Positions 38,589-48,849 of a stretch of DNA of 64,000 bases are shown here, one piece after another. Within the stretch, counting starts at the first letter, position 1, and each line of letters starts with the position of its first letter. Origin of the DNA: a bacterium (GTDB lineage: Bacteria > Bacteroidota > Ignavibacteria > UBA10030); NCBI GenBank assembly GCA_043803945.1, contig JAZDJN010000080.1, positions 37,253-101,252 of the forward strand. Direction: 5' to 3'. The position numbers and the translations under genes were made by a program. The notes beneath the pieces were generated by a model. It was not told where the DNA came from, made no database searches, and saw nothing but the letters and a program-made list of their open reading frames with translations.

Positions 38589-39578
38589 TTACAGATCCAT
38601 TGAACACTCAAGATAGTCGCTGCAGATTTTCCGCATCGCCTTGCGTGAAGCGTTAAATGCCCAGATGATTGAACCACCCTTTGTACCTGCGCTGAGATCC
38701 CCTGTCAGGAAGAGGCCCGGCACATTGGTTTCATGGTCTTGGGTCATAACCGGTTCTTCACCATCGAATTCAATGCCAATCGTCTTTAAGAAATTCTTTG
38801 GCGTTGTTCCACCTAGGGCATAGACCACATAATCGTAGTGCTGTATTCCATGCTCCGGTTCTGCAAATGTTACCCTGGGCTTTCCACCTTCATCTGTCAC
38901 TGAACTGATGGTTGACTTATACAGAACCTTCACCTGGTTTCGTTCAACCATCGTGAGGAGGCTTTGCCTGTTGATGTCGTTCATCCGTGAAAATTCAGCG
39001 CGGCGGTAGCTGAGCGTTACCGCATCGTTGTTTTGGACAAGAAACTGGCAGTATTCCGAAGCAGAATCGCCGCCGCCAATGACGAGAACATTTGCGTTCA
39101 CAACTTCAATCGTCGTCAAATCAAACAGGAGGCGGTCTTTCAGCGTGTGAGGAAGTTTGTACTCTGGCTTGTTCGGTTTACCAAGAATTCCGATCGCGAC
39201 AGCAATAACCTTTGTTTCATACGTCCCTTTATCAGTAGAGACAACAAAGTGCTGCTCATCCGGCTCCTTGTGAATTTTGTACACAGATTCCTCGTACTGC
39301 ACATGAATCTGGTTTGCCTGGATCGCCTGATCGAGATAGGAAATGGTATCGGCCTTCGAGAGGTCCGGGATACACAGAACACCGAGACACACGGTGTTGA
39401 AGCCTTTGTAATTTGCGGTAACGAGTTTTCCTTCGGGATAATATTTTTTAATGGAAAAGGAATGCTCCGGTGCTTTTTCCAGCACCATTATTTTCCCGAC
39501 ATCCACACCAGCCGTTCGGGCTTCTGCTGCCATGCTGATTCCGGCAGGTCCTGCACCAATGATTAGAAGATCATACAT
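38589..39578 (-). CDS. FAD/NAD(P)H-dependent oxidoreductase of the thioredoxin-reductase superfamily
   Basis: IIGAGPAG, IGGGDSA, ETNVPGLFLTGD; no canonical TrxB CxxC. Confidence 0.85.
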   Translation of the reverse strand: MYDLLIIGAGPAGISMAAEARTAGVDVGKIMVLEKAPEHSFSIKKYYPEGKLVTANYKGFNTVCLGVLCIPDLSKADTISYLDQAIQANQIHVQYEESVYKIHKEPDEQHFVVSTDKGTYETKVIAVAIGILGKPNKPEYKLPHTLKDRLLFDLTTIEVVNANVLVIGGGDSASEYCQFLVQNNDAVTLSYRRAEFSRMNDINRQSLLTMVERNQVKVLYKSTISSVTDEGGKPRVTFAEPEHGIQHYDYVVYALGGTTPKNFLKTIGIEFDGEEPVMTQDHETNVPGLFLTGDLSAGTKGGSIIWAFNASRKAMRKICSDYLECSMDL

Positions 39579-39682
39579 AAGGAATATCCTGGTCGCGTAT
39601 CGTCAATAGTGAATAATAAATCGTAAGTAGTAAAGAGTGAAGAGTTATGCAGTGAAGCCGCTCTTGCTTATCATTTCCTCAC

Positions 39683-40876
39683 TTATGCCAGTGCAGCGGA
39701 GGCTCTGCGTGCTGTCTCCGCCAGCACTGCAGCACCGACGAAGAGCGTTTCCTCTGCTGCATAGAATTTTGGCGAGTGCACCGGAATAAAGAACTCGCCC
39801 GCAGCGCGTGCACCAAACCGCAAGAAACATCCCGGTATCGACTCAAGGAAATAGGAGAAATCCTCCGAAGCCAGGTTTGGCGATTCCAGGCGCGTCACAC
39901 CCTCATCTCCCAACAATGCCGTTACTGCTTCACGCGCCCACTCCGCTTGTTTGGCATTGTTAATCACCGGCGGCGTACCTTCTTCCATTCGTATATAAGC
40001 CTCAAGGTTGTACGATTTTGCCAGGGGAATGGCAATCCGCTGGAGCTCTTCAATAATTTGCTGCCGTGTGCGTTCATCGGTGGCACGGAGTGTTCCACTG
40101 AGTGTTGCGCGGTTTGGGATGATATTGGGTGCCGTCCCTGCATGAAGAGTGCCGATCGTTACCACAGCCGGTGATGCCGGATCGACCCGGCGCGAGGCGA
40201 TAGTCTGAAGCGCACTGATTAAGGCAGCGGCGCCGACAATCGGATCCGCTGATTCATGAGGCCGAGCTCCATGGGCTCCTTGTCCCCGAAGCTCAATATG
40301 GAATTCATCCGACGATGCAGCAATGGGACCTTCCTGCACGACCACCTGGCCAATTTCATATCGCCTATCTACATGTCCGCCAAAAATCGAAGCAACATTG
40401 TTCAGCAACCCGGATTCCATAATCCGCCGGGCTCCCTGGGCAACCTCCTCGGCTGGTTGAAAAACGATCAGGACATTCCCCTGCGGCCGTTGCTTTGTCA
40501 GTAAGCATGCTGCTCCGATGGTCCACGCGGAGTGAATATCGTGGCCACAAGCATGCATCACACCGGGAATTACTGAGGTGTATTCAAGAGGTGTATCCTC
40601 TTCAATTGGCAGGGCGTCGATATCTCCACGGATGGCAACCGATGGTGCCTTGGAATCAATCCCTTTGATGCAAGCGACCACTCCTGTTCCGGCAACACGT
40701 TCAATCCATGCTGGTTTAAGCCTTTGGAGTTCATCAATCAGGCGTGCAGCAGTATTCTCCTCGCGGAACGCAAGCTCCGGGTGCTTATGGATCTCCCGAC
40801 GTAACGCAACAAGCCGCTGTTGTTCTTCATCGGTAAAGAGTGTGCGAACTGCAGTGTGCTGTAATCGATCATCCAT
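39683..40876 (-). CDS. M20D amidohydrolase
   Basis: HPELAFRE, RGDIDALP, MHACGHD, FQPAEE, SEDF, H.P.F. Confidence 0.93.
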   Translation of the reverse strand: MDDRLQHTAVRTLFTDEEQQRLVALRREIHKHPELAFREENTAARLIDELQRLKPAWIERVAGTGVVACIKGIDSKAPSVAIRGDIDALPIEEDTPLEYTSVIPGVMHACGHDIHSAWTIGAACLLTKQRPQGNVLIVFQPAEEVAQGARRIMESGLLNNVASIFGGHVDRRYEIGQVVVQEGPIAASSDEFHIELRGQGAHGARPHESADPIVGAAALISALQTIASRRVDPASPAVVTIGTLHAGTAPNIIPNRATLSGTLRATDERTRQQIIEELQRIAIPLAKSYNLEAYIRMEEGTPPVINNAKQAEWAREAVTALLGDEGVTRLESPNLASEDFSYFLESIPGCFLRFGARAAGEFFIPVHSPKFYAAEETLFVGAAVLAETARRASAALA

Positions 40877-40905
40877 ATTCAGGTCCGATCCGTGAGAAAT
40901 GCCGG

Positions 40906-42036
40906 TCAGGCAGCAGATATTGTTTCTTTAGCGATTGTATTATCTTCGATGGTATCCCTATCGATAGAGACCCCTATACCTGGTTTGTCCCGTGGAACAG
41001 TGATGAATCCCTCGCTGTCCATTGTCCATGGGGGTTGAACGATGTCTCGTTCCCAGTAACGGGCACTGGGGGAGATGTCGCCAGGAAAAAGAAAATTCGA
41101 CAGCGAGGCGAGAGCAACATTGTATGCCCTGCCGATTCCGCTTTCCAGCATGCCGCCACACCAAACCGGAATGTTGTGCTGCTTACAAAGATTATGAATC
41201 CGTAATGCCGATGTGAGTCCACCCACTCTGCCCGGTTTGATATTGATGATGGTTCCACTGTGGAGCGTGATCATATCCTGTGCCCGATCGACATTTGTAA
41301 TTGATTCATCAAGGCAAAGCGGAGTTTTAAGAACTCTTTGTAACTGCGCATGGCGAACGAGGTCGTCCCATGCAAGCGGCTGTTCAATCATCATCAGACC
41401 GAAGGCATCAAGCTGCTTGAGGATTGCGGTGTCGTCGAGCGTATAGACATTGTTGGCGTCAACCATCAGAGGGACAGCATCACCAATTGATTCACGCACG
41501 GCGCGGACATATGCGATATCTTTTCCGGGCTTAATTTTTAGTTTAATTTTCCGATAGCCTTCGCGAACATACCCCTGAACTTTTTCCGTAAGCTGTTCAG
41601 GGCCAGCCTGAATTCCGACAGAGATGCCGACGGGTACTTTGGGCCTCGCCCCTCCCAACATTGCTGCCAGCGATAGTCTCTCAAGTTCTGCTGCCAATCC
41701 CCACATTCCCATCTCGACGGCGGCTTTCGCCATCGGGTGCCCGCGAAAGCCGGTTTCAAGAAGATCGTAGATCTCCACCGGTCTGGAAAACGCCCTCCCC
41801 AGGAGACGGGGGGCGATCCATTCTCTGATTGCGAGTTTTGAGGTCTCGACTGTATCAGGAAAATAATTTGGTTCGACATCGGCTACACACTCACTCCATG
41901 CCGCTGCGCCATCGACACTTTCCAATTCCAGAAGAAGTATTCTTCGTGTATCAACGATCCCAGAGGAAATTTCAAACGGCTCTTTCAGGCGCATTGCAAT
42001 TTCCCGCATGGTAATCCGTTTCAACCGGAGGTTCAT
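40906..42036 (-). CDS. menC: o-succinylbenzoate synthase / N-succinylamino acid racemase (NSAR/OSBS subfamily)
   Basis: KIKLKIKPG, MVDAN, IEQPL, CLDES, NIKPGRVGG, WCGGMLESGIGR, PGDIS. Confidence 0.9.
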   Translation of the reverse strand: MNLRLKRITMREIAMRLKEPFEISSGIVDTRRILLLELESVDGAAAWSECVADVEPNYFPDTVETSKLAIREWIAPRLLGRAFSRPVEIYDLLETGFRGHPMAKAAVEMGMWGLAAELERLSLAAMLGGARPKVPVGISVGIQAGPEQLTEKVQGYVREGYRKIKLKIKPGKDIAYVRAVRESIGDAVPLMVDANNVYTLDDTAILKQLDAFGLMMIEQPLAWDDLVRHAQLQRVLKTPLCLDESITNVDRAQDMITLHSGTIINIKPGRVGGLTSALRIHNLCKQHNIPVWCGGMLESGIGRAYNVALASLSNFLFPGDISPSARYWERDIVQPPWTMDSEGFITVPRDKPGIGVSIDRDTIEDNTIAKETISAA

Positions 42037-42917
42037 TGTTGAGCCTCGTCGGCAATAAGTAAATAGTAGCGGCGATTTGTTTCAAGGTCACGTATAAAAC
42101 TCTGGACATGATAACCGTTTGTTAGATAATGCAGAAATGCGTGCCGCGTGGTTTGCCGCCATTGCTGTACCAACGCACTCGATTCTCTTTTGGCTGCCTG
42201 AATGTCTAGTGGAATTTCAATATAGATGCGCGGCACCATCGGTAATTCCATCTCCATGGGTACAGGCCGTCCGCCTTTCTCGAGAAGCGAATTTACGGGA
42301 GTGATACCCGCATCAGGCTGTAATTCAGAAGGCGGATCTGCTATTGCCTTGATGACACGTTCCGAAGTTATTTTCCAAACCGCAATGAATCTATCCATGC
42401 CGAGGCCGCGATTCAATTCAGCGTTTGTATCGTCAGGGTACATATCCGCCACATACTCTGAAATTTCCGCACCCAGCTTGTTGAGGTTCATATGCGCATT
42501 CCGTGCAACAAGCGGATCAAAGGTCCAGTACACCTCCTCTATACCGAGCGGCAAGAGCAAATCGCGCTGATACAGCTTCAACTCTTTACCGAGCCCAGAC
42601 CCCCGGATTTCGTTCCGCACAGCCAGCATATCAGACCAGTGTACGGGTCGACCATCAATGAGGCCCGTCATGCCGAAGACAAACCCCAGCATCGATCCTT
42701 CCCGATCGAACGCCCCTGCAGTAATGCCGCCGATCTTCTGATTCACCATGAGGATAGAGGCAGGAACCCGCTCATTAAATCCGGTCCCCCAGGTTTCATC
42801 CTGCAGTTCAACACACTGTTGATAATCGTTCTGTGAATACAGGCGGCGGAGTACAACATCACCCCGTATCCCAACAATTGAAATACACTTGACGATCTGT
42901 TTTTTCTTTTCTTTCAT
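42033..42917 (-). CDS. GNAT acyltransferase, putative D-amino-acid N-succinyltransferase
   Basis: HWSDMLAV...GSGLG..LKLYQR...WTFDPL.ARNA..N..KLGA; overlaps the NSAR gene start. Confidence 0.85.
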   Translation of the reverse strand: MKEKKKQIVKCISIVGIRGDVVLRRLYSQNDYQQCVELQDETWGTGFNERVPASILMVNQKIGGITAGAFDREGSMLGFVFGMTGLIDGRPVHWSDMLAVRNEIRGSGLGKELKLYQRDLLLPLGIEEVYWTFDPLVARNAHMNLNKLGAEISEYVADMYPDDTNAELNRGLGMDRFIAVWKITSERVIKAIADPPSELQPDAGITPVNSLLEKGGRPVPMEMELPMVPRIYIEIPLDIQAAKRESSALVQQWRQTTRHAFLHYLTNGYHVQSFIRDLETNRRYYLLIADEAQQ

Positions 42918-42941
42918 TCCAGGTAAGGGGAACTCAATGGA

Positions 42942-43967
42942 TTACTTCAACTCTTCAAATGTCTTTATCCCGATGCTGTACCTTTTCCAGTCTCGATAAT
43001 CAAAGTGCCACCACTCCGACTCATACATTGTAAATCCTTCCTGTGCCATTGCCTGTTTCAGGAGGTCACGATACCAGTGTTGCAGCGATGTCCCTCCTTT
43101 GTAGTTCGGATAGGCCCGATGAGAAAATTCATCATAACCGCTCACCATCTGGACCGGAGTACCTGTTACCAGTTGATAGAATGAAACATCGACTGCACAT
43201 CCCCGATTGTGCCGGGATCCCTTTGCAGGATCAGCAACAAACTCTTTCTTATCTGCCGGTGTGGCTTCCCAAAACATTTTTGTAACAACCCATGGCCGAT
43301 ACCCATCAAAGACCAACACTCCGAGCCCATAGGGTTTGAGAGCATGATGGACCCTCACCAGCGCCTCTGCCGCCGGGCGTTGGAGAAATGCCTTTGCCTG
43401 TGAATAAAATGGCGTTCCCATAAAGTTATTCGACGTTGCATATCGGATATCAAGCATGATAGTGGAATCGAGAGCGGAAACCTCAACAAGATCGGACTGC
43501 AGAAAGTCGCCTTGTTCGACCGGCGGTAAAGCTTCCGCTGCTTGCTTCTTCAGCTCGGCAATTGACTTCAGCGGCGTGATATGATCGCTTTCGACCGGCA
43601 ATGCAAGTGAGAAAATCTGTGTATACGATCTTCCCTGATATGTTACTGTTCCCAGTGTTGTTCGTCCGGAGCGGGAGAAGAATACCGTGTCGACAGAATG
43701 CTTCCACTGATTGGCCGATACGATGTACGTGCTGCCGACCTCTTCTACCTGTTTCCTCGTTCCTTCTTTCCATGCAAACCAGAGCCGTTCTCCTTGTTCG
43801 AGAAGGATTAACGTGTCGCTCGCCGACCGGTATTCTCCAATGAGTGGCATCCATCGCAATGGAACATCGTTCGGTTTCGAAGGAAGTGTAAGCTGGGCTG
43901 TACACATCGCACCGGTGATGAGGAGGGCGATTGTGAGGAGAGAACCCTGTAGAAATCGTTTCTTCAT
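42942..43967 (-). CDS. Exported D-alanyl-D-alanine dipeptidase (M15D, VanX/DdpX family)
   Basis: DIRYATSNNF, FDGYRP, SRHNRGCAVD, EWWHF; signal peptide. Confidence 0.9.
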   Translation of the reverse strand: MKKRFLQGSLLTIALLITGAMCTAQLTLPSKPNDVPLRWMPLIGEYRSASDTLILLEQGERLWFAWKEGTRKQVEEVGSTYIVSANQWKHSVDTVFFSRSGRTTLGTVTYQGRSYTQIFSLALPVESDHITPLKSIAELKKQAAEALPPVEQGDFLQSDLVEVSALDSTIMLDIRYATSNNFMGTPFYSQAKAFLQRPAAEALVRVHHALKPYGLGVLVFDGYRPWVVTKMFWEATPADKKEFVADPAKGSRHNRGCAVDVSFYQLVTGTPVQMVSGYDEFSHRAYPNYKGGTSLQHWYRDLLKQAMAQEGFTMYESEWWHFDYRDWKRYSIGIKTFEELK

Positions 43968-43994
43968 GATGGAGATCATTGTTTCCGCTCATCA

Positions 43995-44855
43995 TTAAAA
44001 TTCAAGAACATCGCGCATGCGCTGGATGAGCATCTGAATTTCCCGATCCCAATACTCCCAGGTGTGCCCGCCCTGCGTCTCATGATATTCATAGGCAACA
44101 CCATAGGTTCGTAACAGGTCTGTCAATGCACGATGTGCAGGCAGAAAATTTTTAAAGATATCGTATGCTCCTATTGCGAGATAGAGATACGGGATGGAAT
44201 CCTTTGAAACCTTTTTATAAAGATAGAACACATCATGGGCGTTTCGAAACCCGCTTGGCCTTTCGCCGAAGGCTTTTTTCAAACTTGGAAGAAGATTTCG
44301 CTCGGCCTGTCTTGAGGTGTCGCTAATAACACGGGGAATCGTTAACGCTCCGCTCAATGAACCCGAAAACCGGTACAGCGAGGGATGCCGGAGAGCAAGC
44401 ATCAATGCACCGTACCCACCCATCGAAAGACCAGCTATTCCCTGCCGCGAAGAATCGACAGCGTATTTTTTCTGGATATACCAGGGAATATCGCGAGTTA
44501 CATAGTCCTCAAACTTGTCCTGATAGTCGGTTACAGAATTCACATACCATGAATTCTCCCCATCGGGCATCACAATGATGAGAGGAATATTGTTAATATA
44601 GCTTGTGAGCCTGGTTCGCTTTGTCCAGTCCGTATAATCTCCTCCATAGCCATGGAGCAGATAAAGAACAGGATAACGGCGGGAGGGGTTGTACGCGGCT
44701 GGAAGAATTACCGTGATTTTTTTCGTGCGCCCCAGGCTGGGCATATAGAAACTATCCACCCTCACCGTTGATTGCGCCCGGCTCTCAACCACAATCATCA
44801 ACAAAAACAACGTTAGGAGTAATTCACGTACACTGCTCTTCCCAATCATAGGCAA
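43995..44855 (-). CDS. Exported alpha/beta-hydrolase esterase
   Basis: YPVLYLLHG, GLSMGG, GGHTWEYW. Confidence 0.9.
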   Translation of the reverse strand: MPMIGKSSVRELLLTLFLLMIVVESRAQSTVRVDSFYMPSLGRTKKITVILPAAYNPSRRYPVLYLLHGYGGDYTDWTKRTRLTSYINNIPLIIVMPDGENSWYVNSVTDYQDKFEDYVTRDIPWYIQKKYAVDSSRQGIAGLSMGGYGALMLALRHPSLYRFSGSLSGALTIPRVISDTSRQAERNLLPSLKKAFGERPSGFRNAHDVFYLYKKVSKDSIPYLYLAIGAYDIFKNFLPAHRALTDLLRTYGVAYEYHETQGGHTWEYWDREIQMLIQRMRDVLEF

Positions 44856-44925
44856 TCCGGATTTATATATTCAGTAGACTGAACACAATGGTTCATTGAT
44901 CCAATGGTCCATTGGTTCATTTTTC

Positions 44926-47082
44926 TCACAGCATACCAATTCGTTTCCTTAAAAACCACTCACCGGCAAAGAGAAGCACCATAAGACCCAGCATCCAACT
45001 CCTGTTCCAGAGTTCGTACTCCTGCGTGTGGATTGTCTCCCGCTGCTTGAATTCTTTTACTGCGGAAATGTCTTTTGGCAAATTCTGAATATCACCGGCA
45101 TCGTAGTACGTTCCTCCTGTCTGCAGCGCCAGTTGCTGTAGAAGAAGTTTGTTCATCCTGATATCGAGATATTCAGCATTCACTCCGCCTACAGAGAACG
45201 AACCTTTTTCATCGGCAAGAAGCTGTCCACCGGTCATGACTGTGGCTTTGAAATGATAATCTCCTTCTGACAATGACTCCATGCTTCCCTCATATCGACC
45301 TCCATCCAGCGAAGTCAGTGTCATCCGATGCAACTGATTGTCTTTGGTGATTTCAAGAGCAACATCGGCATCGGTGATCGGTTGATAGTTGGCATCGTAA
45401 ACCTGTGCAAAAAAATCAATCTTTTCGAGGGTGCTGAAAAACTCCTTAGCCGGCTGCACGCGTACTTTCCGGTCATCTTCTCGTGTCGTCAACCATCGCA
45501 CACAATTGCTGAACCACTGATCGAACAAGCCATCAAAGCCTGATGCCGGATCAGCAAAGCTTTTCCACCTCCACACACCATACCCCAACAGGGCGAGCGA
45601 TTTCGTGCGATTGACATTTCTACTGACAAATAACGGTTCCTTCAAAACCACCGATTGAATTTTGGAGTACCCGAGTACTTCCGATTCGGCTTTCGCTTTG
45701 AACATCCCTTCACCTCTGAACATCGGCGGAAGTTTTGTCCAGGCCTCCGGCGCAGGTGAAAATTTCAGTACCGGGCTTGTCTTGAAATTATCGGCTATGG
45801 TGAAAAAGACTTCTCCTTCACTGCCAAGCGCAGCCGGAAGGATTACCGGTAAGGCAGGTTCGAGTATTTTTGCCTTAGGAACATCTATCAAACGCCCCGG
45901 CATCCAGAACAGCGGTGTTCCGGTTCTCGCTGCTTCGGCAATATTCATCACGACAGCCGGAGGCGTTGCTGCGGATGGGAAGCCGATGAGTATCAGGCAT
46001 TCTGTCTCCTTCAAGGATTGCGCCGAGAATGTTCCCTCATAGAATTGACCATTCCCCCGCTCAATGAATGTTGAAAGAGCGATGTTCTTATCGGCAGCAA
46101 GTGCCCGCCTGATGAAAGCACCATCGGCGCCGGGCGCACCGGCAATGAGTGTCACACTCATTTTACTCTTCAATACTTTGACAAAGAATGCCTGTGCATT
46201 GTTCTGGTGACTGACCTCACCTTGAAGCTTTGAAATCTCAAGCGAGAATTTTTGAAGCCCTTCTTTCTCCGGAGTCATGGAGAAGGTTACCGCATAATTT
46301 CGTACCCCGGATTGCAGTGTGGCGGTCTGCCGGTCCAATTGTTTGTATGCATCGCGTAGTATGACTTCCACCCGTTCGCCGTCAAAGCCGGAACTCTTGA
46401 TGGTCGCTTTGACAGCAACCTTGTTCCCGACGAAGGTGATGGAATTTGTACTAATTGTCTGGATGGAGATGTCGCGTTGCTCGGTCGAATCACCGATGCC
46501 TATGGTGAAGATCGGCAGGCCGAGATTTTCTGCTTGCGATCGTGGACTTGTGCCAACAGTCGCTACGCCGTCGCTCAGCAGCAGAAGCGCACGAATGTTC
46601 GACTTTGTCGCTGCTTCCCCTGCAGCTTTCAGCACACCGCCAAGATCGGTCTGATCACCGGACCATGTCATGGAGTCCGGTGCAAACTTCTCCACGATTC
46701 TGGACTTCTCGTGGAACAGCATCGTGCGGAGCTTCCCGATACCAGAGAGCTGCTGAAAAGTATTCGATTTAAGAATCGCTGTAAGCGTCAATCGCCGATC
46801 GCCTCCTTTATCCTTGATTGCCAGGCTCTTGCTGTCATCGATAAGGAGTAAGACTTCAGGAGGGTCATCGGATCTGGAGATGAGCGTGAGGAGGGGATCG
46901 CCAAGCAACAGAAAAAGAAACCATAACGCCAATGCCCTGAGGGTAAACAGCACAGCGCGGGAAAAGCGGGAAATTGGAGGAATGGTGAAACGGTATGAAA
47001 ACCATGACAGACCGAAGGCAACACCAAGGGCAAGGAACAGAAGGACTGCATGATATGATGTCGAAAGGTGAAGCTCCTGCAT
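44926..47082 (-). CDS. Membrane-anchored vWA-domain protein (MoxR-associated type)
   Basis: LIDDSKS MIDAS, LLLLSDG, TIGIG, C-terminal EWFLRKR.G. Confidence 0.85.
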   Translation of the reverse strand: MQELHLSTSYHAVLLFLALGVAFGLSWFSYRFTIPPISRFSRAVLFTLRALALWFLFLLLGDPLLTLISRSDDPPEVLLLIDDSKSLAIKDKGGDRRLTLTAILKSNTFQQLSGIGKLRTMLFHEKSRIVEKFAPDSMTWSGDQTDLGGVLKAAGEAATKSNIRALLLLSDGVATVGTSPRSQAENLGLPIFTIGIGDSTEQRDISIQTISTNSITFVGNKVAVKATIKSSGFDGERVEVILRDAYKQLDRQTATLQSGVRNYAVTFSMTPEKEGLQKFSLEISKLQGEVSHQNNAQAFFVKVLKSKMSVTLIAGAPGADGAFIRRALAADKNIALSTFIERGNGQFYEGTFSAQSLKETECLILIGFPSAATPPAVVMNIAEAARTGTPLFWMPGRLIDVPKAKILEPALPVILPAALGSEGEVFFTIADNFKTSPVLKFSPAPEAWTKLPPMFRGEGMFKAKAESEVLGYSKIQSVVLKEPLFVSRNVNRTKSLALLGYGVWRWKSFADPASGFDGLFDQWFSNCVRWLTTREDDRKVRVQPAKEFFSTLEKIDFFAQVYDANYQPITDADVALEITKDNQLHRMTLTSLDGGRYEGSMESLSEGDYHFKATVMTGGQLLADEKGSFSVGGVNAEYLDIRMNKLLLQQLALQTGGTYYDAGDIQNLPKDISAVKEFKQRETIHTQEYELWNRSWMLGLMVLLFAGEWFLRKRIGML

Positions 47083-47111
47083 CGGCAGCTATCTCTCCCT
47101 CATTGCCATGA

Positions 47112-48833
47112 TCACTTGATGTACACTAACTTCTGCGAAACGATGGAGCGCGGAGCAATCAATTGAGCAATGTACACTCCGCTTGCCACGCGATTTCCGG
47201 ATTCATCCATTCCATCGTACCAAGTGAACTCAGTGAAATCCTTCTGAACCACACCTTTAAACAGCGTTTTTACCCGTTGACCCAAGGCATTATAAATTAT
47301 AATCTCAATCGGACCTTCTTCGGGCGCACCAACAATGAGTGTTGTGCTCGAATTGAATGGGTTGGGAAAGCTATTGTAAAGTTCAAAGTGCTCGGGGATT
47401 TTCAGTGTGTAAAGATTCCCAACTGCTCCCTTTGCATCGACCATTCCCCATCCAAAAAAATTATTCGGATACGATGCTGACTTCGATGTGCCATCATTGA
47501 AGCGGACTGCCGTATTCATCATCTGCGCTCTGACCTGCATGGGTGTCCAGTTTCTGTGCGCACTTAGTATCAATGCCGCTACGCCAGCGGCAAGCGGTGT
47601 TGCCCCCGAGGTTCCACTAAACGCAGTTGTGTATCCTGTTGGCCCGCTTGCAGCGGTCAAAGCGATGCCCGGAGCCACAATTTCAGGTTTGATACGACTA
47701 TCGTATGTTGGTCCGGTTGAACTGAAACTTGCCAAAAAGCCACTTGTGGATACCGCACCGACGGAGACGATACTATCGGCATCGGCAGGAGCGATCATCG
47801 TACCGGTTGCACCGGTTTTTAGATCACGATAGTTCCCTTCATTTCCCATGGCTGTTACCAGAAGTATTCCTTTTCGAGCCAGAATACGAGCAGCCTTTGT
47901 CGTTACCGCTGTTTTGCCGTCCAGATTGGCATACGAATACCAATCGATATAGCCGAGAGAAGTCGAAATGATATCTGCACCCTGACGTTCCAGCCATTCA
48001 AGCCCTTCGACATAGAGATCTTCTTCCATCTTCACTTCGATGCTGTCGATTTCTGTCTTGGCAAGAAGGAAGGAAGCACCATACGCAACGCCGATTAATT
48101 TGCCATTATCGTATCCACCGATGAGCGAGAGCGTTGAAGCACCATGCCCGCCCTGGGTCGATCTCTCTCCTGGTGCAACAGAGGTATTGTTGTCGCGTTG
48201 AATAAAATCGTACTCGGCAATCACTCTGATGCTATCCATTGCCGGATGGGTCTTGTGAAAATTATAGCCATCATCACACATGCCAATGATGACCCCCTCT
48301 CCATTGATTCCTTTACTATGAAGATCGATGACGTTCATGGCGTTCAACTGACTGAAAGACGATCCGTAATCAATCGCTCCGACCCTGGATTGCTTGCCGA
48401 GCGAGCGATCAATTGGAGCTGTTTCTGATTCGATTGATCTTCGGGAATAAACAGGAACAGGGTTGACCGATTCAACACAAGAAAGCGACTGAATCGATCG
48501 ATGCTGTTCCGGTGTCGCGAGTACAGAGACGGCATTCAACCACCGCGAAGTTGCCACGATCGTTGCACCGGTCGAACGGATTTGATCGAGGTAAGCTTCA
48601 TTCACCGGACGATCATATTCATCAATCAGCTTATCGGCAGGTAAAACTTTCCCGCGTCTCCACAATGCCCGTTCTGAAATTCCGAGGCGTGCGGCATCAG
48701 CCAGTGTACTGGAAACCGTTGTACGTCCATGATCGCGGAAGGTAATCCATGTGCGTTGTTGCGCGGCAAGGGAAAGAAGAGCGAGAAATTCCAGTACAAA
48801 AGAGAGTAAGACAAGCTTGAGAACTCGCTTCAT
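47112..48833 (-). CDS. S8 subtilisin-like serine protease with T9SS/FlgD-like CTD
   Basis: Catalytic DDG, HG and SGTS motifs; FPNPFN...VASGVY C-terminus. Confidence 0.92.
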   Translation of the reverse strand: MKRVLKLVLLSFVLEFLALLSLAAQQRTWITFRDHGRTTVSSTLADAARLGISERALWRRGKVLPADKLIDEYDRPVNEAYLDQIRSTGATIVATSRWLNAVSVLATPEQHRSIQSLSCVESVNPVPVYSRRSIESETAPIDRSLGKQSRVGAIDYGSSFSQLNAMNVIDLHSKGINGEGVIIGMCDDGYNFHKTHPAMDSIRVIAEYDFIQRDNNTSVAPGERSTQGGHGASTLSLIGGYDNGKLIGVAYGASFLLAKTEIDSIEVKMEEDLYVEGLEWLERQGADIISTSLGYIDWYSYANLDGKTAVTTKAARILARKGILLVTAMGNEGNYRDLKTGATGTMIAPADADSIVSVGAVSTSGFLASFSSTGPTYDSRIKPEIVAPGIALTAASGPTGYTTAFSGTSGATPLAAGVAALILSAHRNWTPMQVRAQMMNTAVRFNDGTSKSASYPNNFFGWGMVDAKGAVGNLYTLKIPEHFELYNSFPNPFNSSTTLIVGAPEEGPIEIIIYNALGQRVKTLFKGVVQKDFTEFTWYDGMDESGNRVASGVYIAQLIAPRSIVSQKLVYIK

Positions 48834-48849
48834 AATCGGAAACCTTTTG

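Noticed and set aside
40906-42036. Menaquinone biosynthesis operon
   Set aside because: No other men genes are nearby; the GNAT and M20 context points to the racemase role
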